A stretch of DNA of 32,000 bases from positions 2,580,001-2,612,000 of the forward strand of contig NC_013202.1 in the NCBI RefSeq assembly GCF_000023965.1. Direction: 5' to 3'. Positions 17,428 through 23,588 of this stretch are shown piece by piece. The position numbers and the translations under genes were made by a program. The notes under the pieces were generated by a model. The model was not told where the DNA came from. It worked only from the letters and a program-made list of their open reading frames with translations, and searched no databases. Source of the DNA: Halomicrobium mukohataei DSM 12286 (lineage in GTDB: Archaea > Halobacteriota > Halobacteria > Halobacteriales > Haloarculaceae). Each line of letters opens with the position of its first letter. Positions within the stretch are counted from its first letter, which is position 1.

Positions 17428-18660
17428 TTAGAAGTCGCCGTTGATGATGTCGCGGACGCGCTGGCGGTCGAAGAGTTGATTCTCTTTGGAGACTTCGGGA
17501 AATTTCTCGGCTTCGAATGCGCCGAACTCCTCGGGGTAGAGCTGCTGGGCAGCCATCTCGGTCTGGAGTAGATTTACCAGTGGCCCCTGGGAACCGAACG
17601 CACCCGCGTAGACGTTTCCTTCCTGGACAGCGGTAAGCTGTCCCCCGATGGAGTCTTCTTGGAGCGGTGTCACGAACTGCTCGCGGAACGCTCTCTGAGA
17701 GAACGTGTTTTGATTGCCCGTCGTGCCGATTCCCCAGTGGATGACGATCATCTCGGGGTCGAGTTCAAGCAGTGTTTCGTAATCGATAGTCCCTGCCTCA
17801 ATGTGGTCTGCAGTAAACGTACTCCGGATGTCGAGATCCCGATACGGCTTCAGCTCGACGCCCTCAGCCTGCGTCCGCATCGGATAAAACGTCCCTTCAT
17901 TCGGGTTCGATGCGCTGTTGATCAGTGCAATTTCTGGGCGTTCGTCAGCGGGCGGGAGCCGGGATTGGACCTCCTGCTGAAGTTCGTCGTGAACCTCAGC
18001 GAGCGCCTCGTAGCGTTCGCGCTCCTGGAACAGCTCTGCAACCCGTTCTAACGCCTCGTACATCGAGTAGAGTTTGTAGTCGTGCCACTCGCGGCGGCGG
18101 AGGATGTTGTTGCCGAAGAACGGGGCAACGTTTTCACGAATCTCGTCGGTGTCGGACTCGTCCCACGACTCGTCCCACCCGGTGCTGTGCATGTAGTTGG
18201 GGTCCATCAGAATCACGTCGGGATCCCGCTCGTAGAAGATTTCCTTGTCCCAACTCGTCTGCGACAGTGATTCGGTCTCCGAGAGCGGCGGGACATCAAG
18301 TCCGAACGGCTCGAAGAGAAACCCGGGAATCATGTATGCCGAGGTTAGAAATCCGTCACGTTGGCCGAGCGCGAATGCCATGTCGGCCCACTCGCCGTTG
18401 TTAGCGATGTAGGTCTCCGGCACTTCCTCGAAGGTGATGCAGCCGGCAGGCTCGATACAGGCCTCGTAGGAAGTGTCTGTCTCGGTTTCCGTCTCGTCAT
18501 CGGTGTGCGTCTCGGTCTCGGTACTCGTCAACGCCGGGGTCAATTCGGAATCGGATTGACCCGCACACCCAGCAAGCAGTCCGCCACCCACGATCACTCC
18601 GCTGTATTTCAAGTAGTCTCTACGCGTCGGTGCTTCATGCCTGCGGTTATCTTCGGGCAT
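17428..18660 (-). CDS. ABC transporter substrate-binding lipoprotein, iron-siderophore/cobalamin (class III, FecB/BtuF-like) type
   Basis: 410 aa with a Tat motif (RRDYLKYSG), a lipobox (LLAGCAG) and a Thr/Glu/Asp-rich linker, followed by a periplasmic-binding-protein fold. No cognate permease or ATPase is adjacent. GC is visibly lower than in neighbouring genes. Confidence 0.85.
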   Translation of the reverse strand: MPEDNRRHEAPTRRDYLKYSGVIVGGGLLAGCAGQSDSELTPALTSTETETHTDDETETETDTSYEACIEPAGCITFEEVPETYIANNGEWADMAFALGQRDGFLTSAYMIPGFLFEPFGLDVPPLSETESLSQTSWDKEIFYERDPDVILMDPNYMHSTGWDESWDESDTDEIRENVAPFFGNNILRRREWHDYKLYSMYEALERVAELFQERERYEALAEVHDELQQEVQSRLPPADERPEIALINSASNPNEGTFYPMRTQAEGVELKPYRDLDIRSTFTADHIEAGTIDYETLLELDPEMIVIHWGIGTTGNQNTFSQRAFREQFVTPLQEDSIGGQLTAVQEGNVYAGAFGSQGPLVNLLQTEMAAQQLYPEEFGAFEAEKFPEVSKENQLFDRQRVRDIINGDF

Positions 18661-18664
18661 AGTT

Positions 18665-18690
18665 TTTAGGCTAGCCTAAATCATAATGAC
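18665..18690 (-). promoter_or_regulatory. Perfect 16-bp palindrome (candidate DtxR-family operator) plus TATA-like box upstream of the binding-protein gene
   Basis: The minus strand reads GTCATTATGA-TTTAGGCTAGCCTAAA-AACT-ATG. The palindrome spans 18665-18680 and ATTATGA lies about 21-27 nt upstream of the ATG. Confidence 0.45.
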
Positions 18691-18855
18691 TGTTTCGGTC
18701 TTTAGACGGCTACTGGCAATTCTCCCTGTGACCGACTCGCGCTGTGTATACAGCACGCGCGGTGTCCATCGAAACTGAGGATTTCTCTAACGGGCAGTCC
18801 AACACCTGTATAACGGCTATTCTGGCAAGAAAGATGTCGAGAAAACCACATTCCG

Positions 18856-19226
18856 GGGTAGTGTTCAGATAAGCGACTGTCAGCGTAGTGGTGCAGACAC
18901 CGAAAGCCCTCGCACAGTTGCGGTCCCGCGACTCGCTGCGCTCCAGTCGGTGCTTGCATCGTCGGGGTTCCTGCAACTGCGCTCGCCCTTTCATCCACCA
19001 GGGTCTAGACGGCTCAACGGCCGAATCCTGGCGTCTGTGCGAACAGGGTGAGCACAGGCTCAGGAGAGCGTGCTCTCCTGGCGGATGAAAGGGCGAGTCG
19101 TGGTCCGGCATTCTGTGGCGGCACTATCTGAACGAAGTGAAGATATCCGTCACAGAATGCCGGAGCGCGACGAGGGCTTTCGGTGCTTCGAGTTTCTGAT
19201 CCTGATTTCTTATCTGAACACCACCC
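18856..19226. mobile_element. 371-bp self-complementary element with 18-bp imperfect terminal inverted repeats (MITE-like, or a structured RNA)
   Basis: The ends gggtagtgttcagataag and cttatctgaacaccaccc are 17/18 complementary. There are two further colinear arm pairs (15/15 and 17/18), plus internal hairpins. attcc lies next to both ends. No plausible CDS covers the element. Confidence 0.55.
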
Positions 19227-19307
19227 ATTCCAGCGGCCGTAGCTCTTTATACAATCGAGTCCACGCTGTCGTGCAGTTGACCGGGCAAACGGCGACGATG
19301 ATCCGTC

Positions 19308-19544
19308 TCAGGGCGTCTGGACGCGGGCCTTCGATACCCGGTGGATCGCGTCGTCGATCCCTTCCCCGTCGCAGTCGTCGTTCGGGCATCGATAGTGCCA
19401 GCCGTCTTCTGTCCCCGCTCGCTCGGAGAACCGCTCCCCGCACTCGTCGCAGAACAGTTCGCCCGCACTGCAGGTGTCTCGGTGGAGTTCCAGTTCCAGT
19501 TCGGTTTCGAAGGTGCGTTTGCACTCCCGGCAGATATGTGTCAT
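19308..19544 (-). CDS. Small (78 aa) zinc-finger protein, C2H2-like plus a second Cys cluster
   Basis: MTHICRECKRTFETELELELHRDTCSAGELFCDECGERFSERAGTEDGWHYRCPNDDCDGEG... The ATG at 19544 is preceded by a TATA-like AGTTATAG about 22-31 nt upstream. The track start 19568 is a GTG. Confidence 0.65.
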   Translation of the reverse strand: MTHICRECKRTFETELELELHRDTCSAGELFCDECGERFSERAGTEDGWHYRCPNDDCDGEGIDDAIHRVSKARVQTP

Positions 19545-19732
19545 AGTTGAGCGTTCCCACTCGTCCACTATAACTACATCGGAACGTTCACGTCAGGGGT
19601 TCTCCGACCCGGAAACAGAGTATTATCGACAAAACCGCTGGACGGCTATCCAGCGAGTGTCGATACGAGCCGCCGAACGTAACAGATCGCGAACTGCTCT
19701 GCGATGGACGGTTCGCGGGCCGTCGTCTGACC

Positions 19733-19949
19733 CGCTACAGGATGTCTTCGACGTGGTCGACGACTTCCTCGGGCGTGTCACCGACGGGCACGCCGATAGA
19801 CTCGCTTTGCTCGCGCATCGCTCCGCTCCCGCTCGCACCGTGGTTCTCGCTTCGCTCCGAACCACACACCGCTCGTCTATCGAGCCCTCACTCACTTCGC
19901 TCGCGAGGACGCCGTTGCTCTCCAGCGCGTCGATCTTGGACTCGGCAGA
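19733..19949 (-). pseudogene. Displaced duplicate of the sucD 3' end (last ~30 codons plus stop), interrupted by a 114-bp insertion
   Basis: 19733-19794 matches 19982-20043 at 61/62 positions. 19914-19946 matches 20044-20076 at 31/33. The frame is broken by the 119-bp insertion plus duplication. Confidence 0.8.
19795..19908. repeat. 114-bp GC-rich hairpin element inserted with a 5-bp target duplication (acgcc)
   Basis: It is absent from the intact sucD copy, which has a single acgcc at 20039-20043. Here acgcc occurs at 19790-19794 and 19909-19913. Outer stem: gatagac / gtctatc. Inner hairpin: gtggttc-tcgcttcgctcc-gaaccac. Confidence 0.7.
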
Positions 19950-19952
19950 CCG

Positions 19953-19957
19953 AAAAA
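19953..19957 (-). terminator. T5 tract about 30 nt downstream of the sucD stop (candidate archaeal terminator)
   Basis: The minus strand reads CGCTCGTCTTTTTCGGTC. Oligo-T tracts are the known archaeal termination signal. Confidence 0.35.
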
Positions 19958-19983
19958 GACGAGCGTACGGCGATCCGCCGACG

Positions 19984-20853
19984 CTACAGGATGTCTTCGA
20001 CGTGGTCGACGACTTCCTCGGGGGTGTCACCGACGGGCACGCCGTTGCTCTCCAGAGCCTCGATCTTGGACTCGGCGGTGCCGGTCCCGCTGCCGGAGAC
20101 GATAGCGCCCGCGTGGCCCATCCGCTTGCCCGGTGGCGCGGTACGGCCGGCGATGAAGCCGGCGACGGGCGTGTCCATGTGCTCGCCGATGTAGCGGGCG
20201 GCCTGCTCCTCGTCCTCGCCGCCGATCTCGCCACACATCACGACGGCCTTCGTGTCGGGGTCGGCCTCGAACAGTTCCAGCGCGTCGATGAAGCTCGTCC
20301 CGATGATCGGGTCGCCGCCGATACCGATAGCGGTCGACTGACCGATGTCGCGGTTGGTGAGGTTGTCGACGACCTGGTAGGTCAGCGTCCCGGAGCGAGA
20401 GACCAGACCCACGTCGCCCGAGGAGAAGATGTTGCCCGGCAGGATGCCGAGCTTCGCGACTCCCGGCGTGATGACGCCCGGACAGTTCGGACCGACGAGG
20501 TGGGTGTCGGTCTCGTCCTGTTTGCGCTTGACGCGGGACATGTCCTGGGTCGGAATGCCCTCGGTGATGGCGACGACGAGGTCGACCGGTGCGTCGAGTG
20601 CCTCGAACAGCGCGTCGCCAGCGAAGGCCGGCGGGACGAACACGACGGCGGTGTTCGCGTTCTCTTCGCGCGCGGCGCGGTCGACGGTGTCGTAGACCGG
20701 CACCCCGGCGACTTCCTGGCCGCCGCGGCCGGGCACGGCACCGGCGACGACGTTGGTGCCGTACTCCATCATCTGCTCGGTGTGGAACTTCCCCTCGCCG
20801 CCCGTGATCCCCTGGACGACGACGCGAGTGTCCTCGTCGACGAGCACGCTCAT
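19984..20853 (-). CDS. sucD: Succinate--CoA ligase (ADP-forming) subunit alpha
   Basis: 289 aa containing [36 protein letters not shown] and the phosphohistidine loop GHAGAIV. The ATG overlaps the sucC stop (ATGA). Confidence 0.97.
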   Translation of the reverse strand: MSVLVDEDTRVVVQGITGGEGKFHTEQMMEYGTNVVAGAVPGRGGQEVAGVPVYDTVDRAAREENANTAVVFVPPAFAGDALFEALDAPVDLVVAITEGIPTQDMSRVKRKQDETDTHLVGPNCPGVITPGVAKLGILPGNIFSSGDVGLVSRSGTLTYQVVDNLTNRDIGQSTAIGIGGDPIIGTSFIDALELFEADPDTKAVVMCGEIGGEDEEQAARYIGEHMDTPVAGFIAGRTAPPGKRMGHAGAIVSGSGTGTAESKIEALESNGVPVGDTPEEVVDHVEDIL

Positions 20854-21998
20854 GCTTCCACCTCCTCGGCGTAGATGACGGCACGTTCGACGGCGTCTTC
20901 GAGCGTCTGTTCGACCGTCACGAGGTCTTCGTTGAGAATCTCCATCCCTTCAGTAGCGTTGGTGCCCGCGAGTCGGACGACGACGGGCTTGGGAATCTCG
21001 TCGAACTGTTCGAGCGCCTGGTTGATTCCCTTGGCGACCTCGTCGCCCCGCGTGATCCCGCCGAAGATGTTGAACACGACGGAGTCGACGTTGTCGTCGG
21101 AGAACACCATATCGAGCGCGTTGGCGATCCGCTGGGCCTTCGCACCGCCGCCCACGTCGAGGAAGTTCGCCGGCTCGCCGCCGAAGTGGTCGACGAGGTC
21201 GAGCGTCGTCATGACCAGCCCGGCACCGTTGCCGATGATGCCGACGTTGCCCGACAGGCGGACGTAGTCGAAGCCGTACTCGTCGGCCTTCTGTTCGAGT
21301 TCGTCGCCGCCGTCGGCCTCGTCTTCCATCGCCTCCAGATCGGGGTGACGGAACAGGGCGTCGTCGTCGACGTTCATCACGGCGTCGGCCGCGATGACCT
21401 CGTCGTCGGCCGTGACCATCAGCGGGTTGATCTCGGCGTCGGAGCCGTCTTTGTCCTCCCAGAGGTCGTACAGCGTCTTGAGGACGCCGGCAACGTCGTT
21501 GGCGACCTCGCGGTCGACACCGGCGTCGTAGACGACCTTCCGGGCCTGGTAGTGGTGCATGCCGAAGGCCGGATCGATGTGCTCGCGGGCGATCGCCTCT
21601 GGCTCTTCTTCGGCGACTTCCTCGATGTTGACGCCGCCGCGCGTCGAGACCATCGCGACGGGCTTGCCCTCGCCGCGGTCCATCGTGACGCCGACGTACA
21701 GCTCGTTGACGAAGTCGACGGCCTCTTCGACGAGGACGCGGTCGACGTGGAGCCCCTTGAGGTCCATCCCGAGAATATCGTCGGCGTACTCACGGGCCTC
21801 GTCGGCGTTCTCGGCGAGCTTGATCCCGCCGGCCTTCCCGCGGCCGCCGACCTGCACCTGTGCCTTGATCGCGACCGGATAGCCGATCTCCTCGGCGGCG
21901 TCGACCGCTTCGTCGACGGTCGTCGCCAGCGTCGATGCGGGCGTCGGAACCCCCGCGTCGGCGAAGACCTGCTTCGCCTGGTACTCGTGCAATTTCAT
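20850..21998 (-). CDS. sucC: Succinate--CoA ligase (ADP-forming) subunit beta
   Basis: It has the canonical N-terminus [20 protein letters not shown] from ATG 21998; the track start 22037 adds 13 aa. It carries an ATP-grasp domain and [17 protein letters not shown]-like ATTTAAG lies about 27-33 nt upstream of 21998. Confidence 0.96.
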   Translation of the reverse strand: MKLHEYQAKQVFADAGVPTPASTLATTVDEAVDAAEEIGYPVAIKAQVQVGGRGKAGGIKLAENADEAREYADDILGMDLKGLHVDRVLVEEAVDFVNELYVGVTMDRGEGKPVAMVSTRGGVNIEEVAEEEPEAIAREHIDPAFGMHHYQARKVVYDAGVDREVANDVAGVLKTLYDLWEDKDGSDAEINPLMVTADDEVIAADAVMNVDDDALFRHPDLEAMEDEADGGDELEQKADEYGFDYVRLSGNVGIIGNGAGLVMTTLDLVDHFGGEPANFLDVGGGAKAQRIANALDMVFSDDNVDSVVFNIFGGITRGDEVAKGINQALEQFDEIPKPVVVRLAGTNATEGMEILNEDLVTVEQTLEDAVERAVIYAEEVEA

Positions 21999-22369
21999 GT
22001 CATACGAAACGCCGTCACGCGCCCGCTTAAATCCCATCTTTTTCCGTGGCTCGCGGAGGAACCTGGCGTTCTGCGCGAACCTCGGGAGCGAATCACTCGG
22101 GAGTCGAACGGTGTGTGATGCGGAACGAAGTCACAGGCGGTCGTACGGGAACCACGATGCGACCGGGAACAAAGCGAGTGGGCCAGTGGCCGCCCGGGTC
22201 CGTCGACGGCTCAGTCAACCGGGTGGTACGTCCGTTCGCAACCAGGACCGAAAGGCTCGGAGTCGATCGTTCAGTGAGTGCCAGACACAATTGTGTGGCC
22301 AGTAAAGTGTAGTTCTGAAGGAGTGCTCGCATCCGGTGGATCTTCAGAAATCTGCGTTTTTGATCACAA

Positions 22370-22665
22370 TGCTCTGTTGAATCCGCAGACGGGACTGGGA
22401 TCGAGGCTGAAGACACAGTTATCAGACTCCATTGGTGAGGAATTCTCACAACCGACCTTCGATTGATGGGTCGGCTTTGGAGAGCGAAAGCAGATTCTGA
22501 CTCGCTATCTGTTGCCGACTCCATCTGACACACTGGACGCTACCCCGTCGACTCGGCCGCAGTCACCGGATTCAACGGAGCACTCTAGTCACATTCACTC
22601 TTTCCGCTTCGCTTCCACCTTCACAGCGGCGCTATCCTGCTGCCGTTATCGGATTCAACAGAGCA
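22370..22665. mobile_element. 296-bp MITE with perfect 16-bp terminal inverted repeats and an 8-bp target-site duplication
   Basis: tgctctgttgaatccg (22370-22385) has its exact reverse complement cggattcaacagagca at 22650-22665. The direct repeat gatcacaa lies immediately outside both ends (22362-22369 and 22666-22673). An extra internal near-copy of the right end is at 22567-22582. The element encodes no transposase. Confidence 0.85.
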
Positions 22666-22905
22666 GATCACAAGCAATAGCCAGACTATCGGGGCAAGAG
22701 CGACTATCAAGCCGAATACGCCGATCAGATAGTTCCCCTCCACGAGTCCCCGTGCCCACCCCCTTCCGAGGTGAAAAATGAACAGCAAAAGGGCAACCAA
22801 AATCACAGTGCGGAGCGGAGAGCCGAACCCTCCCGTACTGGGATCGGTCGGTGACATGACGTGAGACTCCGTCTCACTGTCTGATAACGGTTCCCTTGGA
22901 TACAT
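22621..22905 (-). CDS. Small two-TM membrane protein, hypothetical; last 14 codons are supplied by the MITE
   Basis: MYPREPLSDSETESHVMSPTDPSTGGFGSPLRTVILVALLLFIFHLGRGWARGLVEGNYLIGVFGLIVALAPIVWLLLVI then CSVESDNGSRIAPL. The start is ambiguous (TTG 22914, ATG 22905 or ATG 22857). Confidence 0.4.
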   Translation of the reverse strand: MYPREPLSDSETESHVMSPTDPSTGGFGSPLRTVILVALLLFIFHLGRGWARGLVEGNYLIGVFGLIVALAPIVWLLLVICSVESDNGSRIAPL

Positions 22906-22958
22906 CGTCTTCAACTGGGAGACAATCCGTGGTCTAAGAACGCACGGAACGCTCCCTC

Positions 22959-23318
22959 TCAGAGTTCGGCGAGGCCGAGGCTGTATTCGAGTGCGGTGTC
23001 GACCTCCTCCATCCGTTCGGGCGGAATCGAGCCGAGATTCTCGTCGATACGGTGCTGGAGAGAGATGGTTCGAATCTGGCTACAGAGCGCGACCGAGTCT
23101 TCCCGAAGCGCACACTCTTGGGCTGGGACGAGCACTTCGAACGGATAGAGCTCCTCGCCGAACGAGGTGGTGAACGGAACGACGATCGTCGTCGGTGCGT
23201 TGGCATTCCCGACATCGTTCTGTACGACGAGACACGGGCGTGTTCCCCGTTGTTCGGACCCCTGGGTCGGATCGAGGTCGACAATAACGACATCTCCTCG
23301 ACGGACAGACGTAGCCAT
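22959..23318 (-). CDS. mazF: Type II toxin, MazF/PemK-family endoribonuclease
   Basis: 119 aa. RRGDVVIVDLDPTQGSEQRGTRPCLVVQNDVGN...TIVVPFTT is the characteristic PemK/MazF N-terminal SH3-like fold signature. Confidence 0.9.
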   Translation of the reverse strand: MATSVRRGDVVIVDLDPTQGSEQRGTRPCLVVQNDVGNANAPTTIVVPFTTSFGEELYPFEVLVPAQECALREDSVALCSQIRTISLQHRIDENLGSIPPERMEEVDTALEYSLGLAEL

Positions 23319-23321
23319 CCG

Positions 23322-23588
23322 CTACCACTCTGGGGCATCGCCCAGCTGTTCGTTAGCCTCCGTCGAAACGTCCGCCAGTTCGTCGGCGAGTTCGCGGATC
23401 CGTTGGGAACGCTTGCGGTACCCCTCAGCCAACTCTTCACGAGTGAGTGGCTGTTCGATAACGAGCTTGCCAGCCTCTTCGTGGATCAGGACGTCGTCGC
23501 CGCCCTCGATCCCGAACCGTTCGCGAAGCTCTTTGGGGATCGTCACTTGCCCTCGCTTCCCGACCTTCCGGTGTTCGCCCTCACTCAT
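23322..23588 (-). CDS. Type II antitoxin, AbrB/MazE/SpoVT-family DNA-binding protein
   Basis: 88 aa. The N-terminal swapped-hairpin motif is VGKRGQVTIPKELRERFGIEGGDDVLIHEEAGKLVIE. It ends 3 nt before mazF. A TATA-like TTTATTAG lies about 24-32 nt upstream. Confidence 0.88.
   Translation of the reverse strand: MSEGEHRKVGKRGQVTIPKELRERFGIEGGDDVLIHEEAGKLVIEQPLTREELAEGYRKRSQRIRELADELADVSTEANEQLGDAPEW

Noticed and set aside
18856-19226. Whether the structured 371-bp element is the SRP (7S) RNA or RNase P RNA gene.
   Set aside because: On neither strand could I find the universal RNase P motifs (GGAAAGUCC; ACAGAAnnCGGCUUA is only loosely mimicked by cacagaatgccgg). The SRP helix-8 signature (GGAAG..AGCA around a GNAR loop) is also absent. 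The arrangement of hairpins does not match either fold. It remains a finding as an unassigned element.
22099-22109. gggagtcgaac, which resembles the reverse complement of a tRNA T-arm, suggesting a minus-strand tRNA or tRNA fragment (a possible att site).
   Set aside because: The flanking bases do not form a T-stem, and I could not build an acceptor or anticodon arm.
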